64,000 nt of DNA from Geosiphon pyriformis uo1 (taxonomy: Eukaryota; Fungi; Glomeromycota): the NCBI GenBank assembly GCA_016748015.1, contig JAAOMT010000129.1, positions 434,001 to 498,000 on the forward strand, written 5' to 3'. A program made the position numbers and the translations under genes. Position 1 is the first letter of the stretch. Each line of letters starts with the position of its first letter. Under the pieces are notes generated by a model that saw only the letters and a program-made list of their open reading frames with translations, ran no database searches and was not told where the DNA came from. This document shows positions 1 to 11,589 of the stretch, piece by piece.

Positions 1-654
1 CCGGTAATCCTCCTAATAAGCTATTCTTAAATCTATGAGTGTTTTATCCTTGTTTCACAGGTTTTTTACCAGTCCCTATGATGTTTGTATCTCAGTGCTT
101 AATTTTTAATCAACTTAGTAAAATCAAAAAATAACAAAAAGAAATAAAAGAAAAATAAAAGAAAATAAAAAAAATGAGTCAAAGCAATTACAAGTTAGTA
201 TCCTATTAATAGTCATGATCAAGAGCTATTGTTCCAATATGATTAAGTATCAATTACTATCAACATGAAATATTAATAGTGAAGAGTGGATTGAGGTAGT
301 GAATAATTATTTATTGATATTTGTGAATGAAAAGTTGTTTAGATCAGATCTAAACTAGAAGGTTTTTAACTAAAAGATTTTGCTTTTTCTACTTTTAATG
401 CTACTGTTATATATACATAATTGAGATTCCTCAATTCCTCAATTCTTCATACCAGGAATTCCAGAATTCCTGGAATTCTGCAATTTTTTTTGAGAGGAAT
501 TCTGGAATCCTGTGATTCTTTTGTATGAAAATCCTGAAATTCCTGAAATTCTGCAATTTCTCTTGAAAGGAATCCTAGAATTCCACTTTTATTATGACTA
601 CTTCTAATTGGCTAATTTATATGCTAATATATTTCCTATATTTTATGAGTAATA
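1..654 (-). repeat. 3' LTR (partial) of Gypsy element 1
   Basis: Aligns with 9171-9821 (colinear without gaps over the first 120 nt); ends ...TATGAGTAATA, a mutated form of the GTAACA terminus. Confidence 0.95.
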
Positions 655-668
655 TTATCTCCTCCTTT
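655..668 (-). other. Polypurine tract (PPT)
   Basis: Minus strand AAAGGAGGAGATAA immediately abutting the 3' LTR. Confidence 0.85.
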
Positions 669-1470
669 AATATTGAGTTCCATCGAGATCTCCTAATTTT
701 AATTCTCTGTCTTTGAGTATTTCTTGAATTTCTTTTTCAAAAATTACTTGAGTTATCTTGTTTTGTAATTTTTCAAATTGTGTGTTGATTATTTTTCTCA
801 TTTGGTTAACTGTAATGGAGTCTATTTCTGGATTAAGTAAGATTTCCAGTCTGTCTTGAAATCCTGTATAGAGCCGATATATGGCTCTTGTCTGTGTAGT
901 TACATTATTCTTTCTTACAAATTGTTCTAATTGTTGTAGTATTGTTGTGTCAAATAATTGTTTTGTTTTATCTGTATATAAGTTTTGAATGTTCAAGTGT
1001 CATCTCAAGTGGAAATAACAAAAGTTCTTTGGAAATTCATGTATCCACCATTTCCAAGTCTCTTTGGTTAGCTCTTGATATGTGGTAATACTTATTGGTT
1101 CTTTTATTGCTATTTTTATTTTCAAAATCATTTTGTTGATAGTGTTTTCTGTTTTTTTTTGACTTTTGTATTTGGGTTTCTTTCTGGTATCTTGATATCA
1201 AATGGTTTGTTGATTAATAGTAATTTCTATATCCTGTTGTTGAATCAGTTAGAAGAGTTGTTGTGCTAGTGAGTGGATATTGTTAGTAATTTCCATTTTT
1301 CTGGAGTCTTTTGTCATGTCTACTATGTCTTTATATATTCTTTTTATTGTTCAATTTTATGTGTTTGGTCCAATAATTATGATTGGTTTTAGATCTCATG
1401 GAATCTCATCTGGTTGGACTAGTATTCTCTGTACTCCTAATTGTGGAATATTACTGATAAATGGTAACAC
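667..1470 (-). pseudogene. Unknown coding region downstream of integrase (C-terminal extension of Pol or a separate ORF3)
   Basis: Same reading frame as the integrase ORF at 1687-1926; reads MTKDSRKMEITNNIH...GDLDGTQY* with a few internal TAA/TGA stops; a homologous remnant lies at 11590-12000. Confidence 0.65.
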
Positions 1471-2735
1471 TATATAGTAATATGGTTTTAGTCGATCATC
1501 ATGTGCTGCTTTGGCTAAAATTTTGTTGTTCCATCTTAATTTATAAGCTCCATTTTCAAGAATTTTTTCTATGTGAAATGATCCATCCTATTTGGGGTCA
1601 AATTTTTCACTCCATTGTTTTTCTACTTTAATACGATGTAAAAATACTTTGTTTCCAATCTTGAATTCAACTGGTTTATCTGATAGTCAGTTATCATGTC
1701 TTTTTTTTTGTTTTTTCTGTGCTTTTTGAATGTTATTAGCTGCTCTTCGCCATTTGTTTTCAAGTGTTTCCATTAAGTCATATGTTCTTTTTAGCAATGT
1801 TTCTTGAAAATTGTCTTCAATTATTGGTTTTGCTAAATAAGTGTTGACTTCTATCTCAACTGGCAATGTTGCTGTTCTACTGTATACTAATTCAAATGGT
1901 GTTGTTTGTATAGTGTCTTGCTTCATTGTTCAATAAGCAAATAATACTGATAATATAATCAAATTCCATTCGTTCTGGTTTTCTTGGCTGACTTTGGCAA
2001 TGGCTTCACACAATGTTCTGTTAAATCTTTCAACTAGTCTATTTGTTTGTAAATGGTCTAGTAATGATAATAGTCTTTTTATTCCAAATCTTTGACTTAA
2101 TTCTGCCAATGTTCTATTTACAAAGTGAGTTCTTTGATCTGATAATAGTTCTTTTAAACATCTGTGTCAACATATCAAATCTTGATGAATAAATTTGGCA
2201 ATGGATTCTGCATCTGCTCTTTGAATGGCTTTTGCTTCTGGCCATTTTATGAGATAATTTATGACTATTGCAATATATTTGTTGCCTCTACTAGTGATTG
2301 TTAATGGTCCAACTAAGTCAATTCTAATACAATCAAATGATTGTTCTACTTTGATTGGTCTTAATGGTTCACTGGATCTTGTTCCTCTTTTTTTCTGACA
2401 AGCATCACAATTTTGAACATATTAGATGATGTCTGGATACATTAATAGCCAATAATATCTTTCTCTGGTTCTTTTCATGGTTGCTTCTTTATGAAAATGT
2501 CCTGCTGCTGGGTCTGAGTACATATTGAACAATATTGTCTCTTTCTCTGGTTCTGTGATTATTCTGGTTGGTTGATCTGGATTTTTTCTGTTTTTCTGGT
2601 AAAATATATTTTGGTAATTGATAAAATATTTTGATTGTTGTTTGATGTTGTTTTGTTTCTTTTGAGATAATTTCTCCTTGAACAATTGGGTATTTATATA
2701 ATGTTAGAGTTGTTGGTATTTTTGTATATTCATCT
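1471..2735 (-). pseudogene. Gypsy integrase (HHCC region, core, GPY/F module), disrupted
   Basis: SDPAAGHF...RERYYW (zinc-binding region), IDLVGPL, SDQ, NRTLCE, TPFELVYSR, FKIGNKV...K*DGSFHI (degenerate GPF). Confidence 0.9.
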
Positions 2736-2759
2736 TTTGTTATATTTTTGGGTTGAAAT

Positions 2760-4100
2760 GTTTTTAGATTTGTTTTATTTGCAACAAACTGTCAGCATTT
2801 TCGTTTTCTTTTTCCTTTTTGTAATGTACTGTATAATTAAATGGTAAAAGTTCTATTTTCTATCTGACATGGTAGTTATCTCCAAATTCTTGTTTCTGGA
2901 TTGAAGTTAATTCTTTGTGATTGGTGTATACATCAAACTTTTAACTCAAGTATTCTTTCCATTTGATGACAGCCCAATAAATAGCTAAGTGTTCTAGTAC
3001 TGGAATTTCATAGTTTTTTTCAGCTGAACTTAAGCTTCTACTGGCATAAGCTACTGGATGTTCTCTTCTATCCAGTCTTCTCTGTAATAGTACTGCTCTC
3101 AATACTTAATCAGATGCATCAATTGTTATTATGAATGGCTTGCTATGATCTGAATAGATCAGTACTGGAGCTTGAATAAGCTTTTTTCTCAATATATCAA
3201 AAGCTTTTTGTTGAGTTTTACTCCATTCATATTTGGTGTTTTTTGTTTGAAGTTGGTGTAGTGGTTGAGCTATTTTGGAAAAATCCTTAATAAAGTAGTG
3301 ATAGTATTCTGCAAATCCCAGAAATACTCTTAATTCTGTGAGATTATTTAGTACTGAAAAGTTTTTAACAATTTTTATCTTGTCTGGATCTGTTTTGATA
3401 TTATTTTTGCTTACTACATGTTCCAAAAACTTGAGTTCAGTTTTTCCAAAGAAATATTTGTTTGCATTTAGCTTTAATTTGGCTCTTCTTAGCCTTTCAA
3501 ACATTTGTTGAAAATAGTGCAAATGATCATTGAATGTTTTCGAGAACACATTGGTGTCATCTAAGTATATGACTATGGATTTTTATAGTAGCCCAGTATA
3601 AACAATTTTTATAAGTTGCTGGAAAGTGGCTGGAGCATTCATCAAGCCAAATGACATTACTTCAAATTCAAAGTTTCTTTCTCGAGTTGTAAAAGCCATT
3701 TTCTCTTTGTTTTCTGGTTTTATGACTACTTGCCAGTAACCATTGTCTAAGTTTAATGTTGAAAACCATTTTTTTCCTCCAAAAACATCGAAAAGTTCTT
3801 GGATCTTTGGAGTTGGGTAGCTGTCTTCTTTTGTTACTCTATTCAGTTTCTGGTAATCCACACAAAAGTGAATTTTTCCATTTTTCTTATGAACTAGCAC
3901 CACTGGTAACAACTATGGACTCATTGATAATTGAATTAACCCATTGTCAAGCATCTGATTGATTTCTTGACAAATGATCTTATGGCTAACTAGTGGTACT
4001 CTGTATGCTCTCTGTTTAATTGGCATTGTATCTCCAGTCTTAATTTGATGTTGAATGATATCAGTTCTGCCAAATTTGTTTTTGCTGGCAAAAATGTCAT
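2760..4100 (-). pseudogene. Gypsy reverse transcriptase and RNase H, disrupted
   Basis: PVVLVHKKNGKIHFCVDYQKLN, FGLMNAPATFQ, YLDD at about 3556-3567, TIDASD, HPVAYASRSL. Confidence 0.95.
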
Positions 4101-4597
4101 TGAAATTGTTGAGTAATATTTTGAGTTACATACATTATAATGGATCTAAGTTTCCCATGTTCATTTGTTCCAATTGTTTTGATTGGAGCAAATAACATTC
4201 TTCTTATCTGTATATGATTTAAGATGTGATATCTACATATCCACACAGTTGTGGAAAGTCTGGAATGATGTCTGGGAATTGGTTTTCAATTTCTGTGGTC
4301 AAGTATCCAATAATAATTCTTTCTGGTATCTCAATAATGTCTTCTGTATTGTTATAAATGGGAATTTTGATGTGGCTGTGGTTTTTGGCTGGTATGTATA
4401 GATTGACTAATCCAATCTTTCCTGATTCACAAAGTATTGCTTTCATTTCAAAAATCTGTATCTGATCTTTTACTTTTCTTTCTATAACTACCATGTACTG
4501 GTCATATGATGGAATAGAAATTGATTGATGGGTGGAGATAATTTCTCTCTTGTCAATAACTTCTTCCTCTGTTATATTGACTAGTATATCTATTCTA

Positions 4598-5015
4598 TTC
4601 ATTGATCCAAATCCCTGTATCCTTCTAGCTGTAATTCCTAATTTTTTCTTGTTTTCTACTAATACTAATTGAACTATTTTCAACAGAGACAGAAATATTG
4701 CCTATGCTAGCTTTTCATTTAACTCTATGATATAGGTCTTTTCAGAATCATTTTGTAGTATTGCAATGATATTTTCTACATATTCTGCATCAATTATTTC
4801 TCCTCTGATGTTGATTCTCTTTTTTGCTAAACTACTCCTAGATGCTAGTTGAATCATGGTTGTTGCTGGGATTTCCAGTGCTATTTTGAGATTAATGCAG
4901 ATGTGTGAATGGGATTCCAATTTGATGGGATTTTTTTCTAGATATCTCAGATCAAACCCTACATTAATATTGTGCACGTATTTTGGCATAATACCTTCAT
5001 TATTATCACTAAACC
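4598..5015 (-). pseudogene. dUTPase domain within Pol, between protease and RT
   Basis: All five trimeric dUTPase motifs visible in degenerate form: VGFDL, RSSLA, GEIIDAEYVENI, KLA*, ARRIQGFGS. Confidence 0.9.
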
Positions 5016-5249
5016 ATCTGAGTTTTTGCTCTTTAGAAAGATCAAAAAGTACAATATATGTTTCAGAGTTTGAATCAGAATCCAAATCATTATTAATTTT
5101 GTCTTTATGTTGAGCAGAGCTGGAACCATTATTTTTATCATCATTATTGTCAGAGTTTGAATCAGAATTGAAAGTTGATTCCAATTCTGATGCACAGCTG
5201 TTAATTGGTTCTTCTTCTGGAATCATGTAGATCATGTGTAGTGGTGGAT

Positions 5250-5900
5250 TGTAAATAAGGTCATACTCATTACAATATTGAAAGTCACAGGAAATTAAGC
5301 AATGTTGACATAGTCAAGTAATCAACTGCTTTAAATGTTGCTCTTGTTCTTCCTTAGTGGGTGCTAATCATTGATAATGTTCATGGAATTCTTCTGAATT
5401 GTCTTCAATGTTACTAAAGACATTAAAAATAAGAACATATTCAGATTTGGGCAATAAGAGTGAGTTATTTTTAATTTCTAATAATTCACTGGTAGTGGCA
5501 TCTTCTGCTTTTACACTTGTTATTCTCCAGATTTTATGTTCATTGTAAGGATATCCTTTTAATTGTCACAACACTCTTTTTCAGGCATTGTCAATTGGAG
5601 TTTTTTTACATATTCAGTTGTTTATTAGGATGGTATACTGGCATGTCTCATCGCACATTTCTCTCTATTCAGGAATGTCATTCCATATTTCTTTATCAGA
5701 CAAAATAGTTCCACATGTGAGACAAAGTTTGTTATCCCATTTTTTTTGTCTTTTTGGGCATCCAAACCATTTTATAATGCATAAGTGACAATAGAACTTT
5801 GTTGCAGTAGAGTATTCCTTATTATCATCATAGCATGCACTCATTAATGACAATTTCTTGTTGCAATCTACACATACTAATTTCAGTTGGCAATAATTAG
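5250..5900 (-). pseudogene. Cys/His-rich insert in Pol between protease and dUTPase
   Basis: Several CxxC-like pairs: CHLC, CLTC, CQHC...CNEYD. Confidence 0.6.
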
Positions 5901-6229
5901 ATAACAGTAATAAAGAATAAGCATATGGACTATAAGTAGTGGTTGGTATTGAACCTTTTTCCTTCTCTTTCTCTTTTCCTTTATTGTTATCTTTTTTCTA
6001 CTTCTAAGTTGTTAGTTCGTCCTAATTGTCATCAGATACTCAGGCTTGGTCAGCATTCCAAGTAGGTTTTTTTTTTCATTTTTCTTTTCTCTTGTCATCC
6101 CAAGTGAGTATTGGTGGTAGTTCATTGTGATTTTCATTGGTTGAGAATACTTGATAGGCTCAGATAGGTTTCTTTTTTTCTTCCTTAAATTTTATTAGTA
6201 ATACTGGTGGAATAGTAGTCTTAAAGTGG

Positions 6230-6610
6230 TCACACATGGCTGGTACACATGTGTATCGACCATCTTGGCTCAGTTGTAATTTCTGTGTAGTCCAGTTGAG
6301 TGTCATGTTGGTTTTGGACAGCCAGTTATTACCAACAAGTGCTTAATACTGAGTTGCTTCTATCACAAAAACTTTGATGGATACAATAATACTGTTAATT
6401 TTAATAGGTAAGTCATCTATCTTGCTGATCAGAGTTTTGGTCATTCCATCAGCAGTTATGATTTTGGCACTAGTAGCTCAATCAATTCAGCAACCTAATT
6501 GGTTCATAAGTTTTCTTGTGATAATACTGCCAGCTGATCCATTGTCTAGAATCAGTTTGATGAGATAGTCATTAACTTTGGTATCAGTGTACATGGCAGT
6601 GATTAATTTG
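6230..6610 (-). pseudogene. Retroviral-type aspartic protease, disrupted
   Basis: IKLILDNGSAGSII (degenerate DSG catalytic motif) and ALVGNNWL. Confidence 0.85.
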
Positions 6611-7199
6611 GTGTCAAGAATGGCTCTACTGAATAATGAAACTGATGTGGTTTCTTTGAATTCGAATGAAAAGATTGCAGTTAGCAATTCATCATTGGTT
6701 ATGGTGGTTGGAAGTATATTGCTAGTAAGTGATTTGGGTTGGTTGGGTTTCCAGTTATTGGGTAAGATGTCTTCTAAGGTAACCAAGAGACTTAAATAGT
6801 GTTGGGCATTCAGATTTTGGATGTACCCAGTGCTTGAATTCTGTTGTCGAGATCCTGATGGCTGGGTTGAGGAACTGGAGATCAGTTGATGGACTACCAT
6901 TAATGATCTCCAGCTCTGTTGTGTTAGTTTTAACCTTTAAGTTTTGTTTTGAGATAAGTTTTGGAATGGTGTTTGAATTGGTTGGAGTTGATAGATTGCT
7001 GGAGACTGTGGCTGATAGATAGACTAAGACTGTGGTTGATAAATTACTGGTATTGTTGGCTAATAAACTGGTGGTTGATAGAGTGGCTGTTGCATCATAG
7101 ATAGATAATTTGGTTGATATGGTGCTGGGTTGGGTTGGTAACTCGGAGTTTGAAACTGGTGATTAGGGTTTCAATATTGATTTCCTAATTATTGGTTAT

Positions 7200-8870
7200 C
7201 TATTCTTAATCTGCAGTCAATCTTTAAATATCCTTGTTTACCACAATAGTGGCAAACACACATCTCTTGTTGCCACTGTTGATTGGTCAAGGGTGATGAA
7301 TGTAACTGATTCTGGAAATGATTTGCATTTCCTGGATTATTGTGTCATTGTGGAGATTGATAAATTGTGCAATTATCAGCTAAGTATTTCTCTAATTCTG
7401 ATTGATTAAATCACTGAATTGTTTCAATTTGGAATCCAATTTAGATGATCCATTCATTACTAGATTAATGGCTTAAGCATGGTTAGCTTTGAGTTCAGCT
7501 GCTTCAAAATCTTTGGCACTTGTAATGGTGGCTTGAAGATCTGCCAGATGCATTAGACATATGTGTTAGAAAATACTATTGTGCAGGTCTCTAATGAATT
7601 GATTTAATATTTGTGGCACTATGAAATAATCAGCCTGTATGGCCTGGATTTGGCGCAGATTTCTGTGAAAGTGTCCTAAGTAAGTAGTGACTGCTTCATT
7701 TTCTCCTTGCTTGATGGTAGTGAACATGTTTGCTAAGCAATTAATACTATTATTATTGCTGAAATATCCCAAGAAGGCAATTTTAAATTCTTAGAATGTT
7801 TGAGATTTGGCAGCTAAACTTTAATACCATAAATTGGCAGTATCCTGTAAGAAATAGGTGATGGCTTGGAGTGCCCTGGTGTTATTCCATCCATTGGTGG
7901 TAATGGCTTTTTCCACATTGTTCAGTCACACTTGTGTATCATCCTTTTTTTCTGTGAATTTCTCAAGTTTTGCTATTGGAACATAGGCCATTGGATCTAT
8001 GTTTGGTTGTTGTAGTGGTAGAAGAGGTACTTGAATTTGTGACAGTGGTTGTTGTTGTGGGGCAACTGGTGGTAGATTAATGATGATTACTGGAGGTAAG
8101 TTTTGCTGATTAATTGCTTTGGGGTTTTGATCATTCCGATTTTGCTGAGTTTGAAAATTCAGAGTTTCAATTTCCAAATTTTCTAAATTTGGGTCTTGTT
8201 AAGTCTGAAAGTTTGGGGTTTTGATGTTCGGGTTTTCTGGAATTGGGTTCTGGTAAGTAAATTCTTAATCTTTAGCTTTTTTTTTTCTTTCTCTTCTGAT
8301 TCCGTTATCTCTCAGAGACTCACATTTCCAAAATCTGTTTGAAGTGATGGTGATTGAAATCCTAATGATGTTGGCAATCATGATTTAAATTCTTCAAAAT
8401 AATTGCTGTAGGTTCCTAGTAATTCTGTTTTCTTTTGTTTATTTTGAAATGGAAGTCATCCAAATGTTGATGTCACGTGTGATGTAGATGTGCCTGTTGA
8501 TGAGATGTTAATAGCATTTTTAAGTATATAGTGGTATGATGGGTTTGTTGGTAATTCAACTCTAGTTTTTTTCTAAGTGAATGGTTGAATCTTTTTTGGT
8601 GTCACTGTTAATATTTGTAGTCTTTCCTTTCTTTTGTCTGCATAGTGAAACTGTAGTTTCTTGGTAAGCTGGTATGTTGAAATAATTCTGTATAGAAGTT
8701 TTCTTTTGCAAATTCAATGTTAACTGTTCCTCTTAAGCAGTCTGTAATTTTATTATTGACATAGAAGTTAAAGACTAATTCTGCTGGAAAATGGTTATTG
8801 TTTAATCTTAATTGTTGGCTGTACTGTTGAAACAAAAATTTGGTGAATTCTAAATGGTTTGCTCCTATAT
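7200..8870 (-). pseudogene. Gag with CCHC zinc knuckle, disrupted
   Basis: IAKLEKF, IKQGENEAVTTYLGHF...ILNQFIRDL (retrotransposon gag); knuckle CHYCGKQGYLKIDC at about 7212-7254. Confidence 0.85.
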
Positions 8871-8928
8871 TTCTGATTCTACCACTTTTGGATGATTATT
8901 GTTGGTGCCAGTTTTCTATAAAATTATA

Positions 8929-8945
8929 CCTTACAGAGAGCACCA
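8929..8945 (-). other. Primer-binding site (PBS)
   Basis: Minus strand TGGTGCTCTCTGTAAGG begins 2 nt after the 5' LTR and is complementary to a tRNA 3' end ...GAGAGCACCA. Elongator tRNA-Met is my guess. Confidence 0.85.
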
Positions 8946-8947
8946 AA

Positions 8948-9821
8948 TGTTACAGATGATTATTTGGAGTCTCAAAGCAAATAACAAATCTGTAACTTGG
9001 TGCTTGGTTGGTATTCTGGTGTTGATATCTGAAAGTTTAGTTAATCTGAAAGTTTGTTTGTTTTGAAAGTTTTGGTGTAGAGTTCTTTGTATAATAGACA
9101 GAGATTTAATAATTGTTTTAGTAGCCTTCCAGAATCACAATTCCATTGAATTTTTTTCTTAGCATGGTGGCTGGTAATTTTCCTGGTAAGCTATTCTCAA
9201 ATCTATGAGTGTTTTACCCTTGTTTCATGGATCTTTTACCAGTCTCTATAACATCTGTATTTTAGCACTTAATCCTTAATCAACTTAGTAAAATCAAAGA
9301 ATAACAAAAAGAAATAAAAAAAATAAAAGAAGATAAAGAAAATGAGTCAAAGCAATTACAAGTTAGTATTCCATCAATAGCCATGATCAAGAGCTATTGT
9401 TCCAGTGTGATTAAGTATTAATTATTATTAACATAAAATGTTGATAGTAGAAAGTGGATTAAAGTAGTGAATAATTATTTATTAATATTTGTAAATGGAA
9501 GATTGTTTAGATCAAATCTAAACTAAAAAGTTTCTAACTGAAAGATTCTGCTTTTTTTATTTCTAATGCTACTGCTATATATACATAATTGAAATTCCTC
9601 AATTTCTCAATTTTTTATACTGGAAATTCTGGAATTCTGCAATTCTTTTTGAGAGGAATTCTGGAATTCTGGAATCCTGCAATTTCTTTGTACAAGAATC
9701 CTGAAATTTCTGGAATCCTGCAATTCCTCTTGAGAGGAATCCTGGAATTCCACCTTTACTATAGCTATTTCTAATTGGCTAATTTATATGCTAATATATT
9801 TCCTATATTTTATGAGTAACA
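8948..9821 (-). repeat. 5' LTR of Gypsy element 1 (874 bp)
   Basis: Bounded by the inverted termini TGTTAC...GTAACA; TATA-like TATATA at about 9577 and CCAAT at about 9774-9778 (minus strand). Confidence 0.95.
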
Positions 9822-10651
9822 ACATATTACATAAAACTGCTACAAAAAAATGTTTAACCAAAATCAAAAAAACTAGTATTAGTAATTATAATACCTTTAA
9901 TTAAATAAAAACCAATATTTTTTATTTTAATATTAACAGTTACAATATACATTACAATTACTCTATTAATACTATCTAAATTCTTAAATTACAGCCTTAT
10001 TTTAATATTATTACTTAAATTTTCAAGTTATAATACTATTTCAATTATAATATTTAATTTACAATTCAATAATCTTAAATTTAAAATTATTAATTATAAT
10101 TAAGCATAAAAAAATATAACTGGAAATTTTTAACAACTTACTTTGCACTATAAACACTATTAGTAGAATATTTAAACCAAGCTTTATATTTGGATTTTAC
10201 AAAAAATTGGAATTTTGGTAATACTGTACTTTTAAAAAAAAAGTTATAATTAATATTGCCAATCTTTTTTTATTTAATAACATGATCACTATAACAATAA
10301 TTTTTTTAGTTACAATTATTAAAGATAAAATACTTATAATTATATTTTTATTTGATTTTAATAGTTTAATTATATCTAATCTCTTTAATAAAACTATTAT
10401 TAATTAAAATAAACTAATTATGACTATATACACTAATGCTAAAATAGAACAAAAAAACATTAAATTAATTTTAAACAGTAGATTAACTGGCAGCATAATT
10501 ACAAAACAATTTATAAATTAATTAAATCACAGAATAGATTGAATTACTACTATTAAAATAATTATTATAAATAGCAATATCAAAACACTAATAGAAAAGA
10601 TTAATAATTTTCTCTTCAAAATTGATAAAATCAAAATTTTAACTAAAGTGT
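9822..10651 (+). mobile_element. Highly decayed Gypsy gag-protease fragment into which element 1 inserted
   Basis: About 10420-10650 reads IKLILNSRLTGSIITKQF...KTLIEKINNFLFKI, an AT-drifted version of the protease at 6230-6610. Confidence 0.7.
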
Positions 10652-11578
10652 TGTTACAGGTAATTATTTGAGTGGTAGGAATAAATAACAAATCTGTAAC
10701 TTGGTACTCAATCACTGGGTAATGTTGGTTATCTCTAAAAGTTTTGGTTAATCTGAAGGTTTTAGTATCTAAAAGTTTTGGTATTTGAAGATTTTGGTAT
10801 CTGAAAATTTTGATGGAGTCTTTTGTATAATAGACAAAGATTTAATAGTTGTGTTAGTAGTCTTCCAGAATAATTATTCTATCAAATTTTTTTTTTGGTA
10901 TAATAGATGGTTTATTCTAATAGTCATGCCCTTTTGATAAGCTATCTGTTAATTTATAAATTCTATACTCTTATTTCTGGGTCTTTTACCAGGCTATTTT
11001 TGATGTCAATTATTCAGCACTTAATTTCCTTAATTAGTTAGTAAATTCCAAACAACAAAAAAAATAAAAGAAAAATAAGAAAAAAAATAAGAAATTAGTA
11101 TTTTATTAATAGCCATAATCAAGAGCTATTGTTTTAGTGGGATTAAGTATTAGATGTTATTAACATGAAGTGTTAATAAATAGAAGAGTGATTAGATTTT
11201 TAAACAAATGATGGCAACATAGATTGGATAATAATAAGTATGTTTTATTTGATATTTGGTTAATGAATTTACTTTAGTGAATATTAACTATCTGTAAAGT
11301 AAAAGTTAATTAATAAATAAGAAAAAAAATACTAAACTAAAACTGAACCAAAATTTGAATATCCTTTTTTTGCTTCTAATGCTATTGTTATATATACATA
11401 ATTAATGTTATATAAGATTTCTGAAATCCTTGCAATTTCTTTGGAGAAATTCTAGAATTTTGGGATTTTGAAATTCTGTAATTTCTTTAGCAGAATCTTA
11501 GAATTTTTTTGTTACTATGTTTATTTCTAATTGGCTATTTTTTTAATTATATACTACTCTTAATTTCTATGAGTAACA
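10652..11578 (-). repeat. 3' LTR of a related Gypsy subfamily
   Basis: TGTTACAG...GAGTAACA termini; blocks homologous to 8948-9821; flanked by a degenerate PPT at 11579-11594. Confidence 0.88.
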
Positions 11579-11589
11579 TTATTTTCACC

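Larger units (their letters stand above)
1..9821 (-). mobile_element. Ty3/Gypsy (Metaviridae) LTR retrotransposon, near full length, inactivated; 3' LTR runs off the window start
   Basis: Two homologous LTRs (1-654 and 8948-9821), PBS, PPT, and gag/CCHC/PR/dUTPase/RT/RH/IN motifs in Gypsy order (IN after RH), broken by many stop codons. Confidence 0.96.

Noticed and set aside
420-590. Short semi-palindromic repeats that could suggest a CRISPR array
   Set aside because: No unique spacers, no cas genes, eukaryotic context; part of the LTR.
667-1470. Chromodomain or env gene after integrase
   Set aside because: No chromodomain Y.VKW.G-type motif, signal peptide or transmembrane segment visible.
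8921-8945. tRNA gene
   Set aside because: Only the 3'-terminal ~17 nt including CCA are present; this is a PBS.
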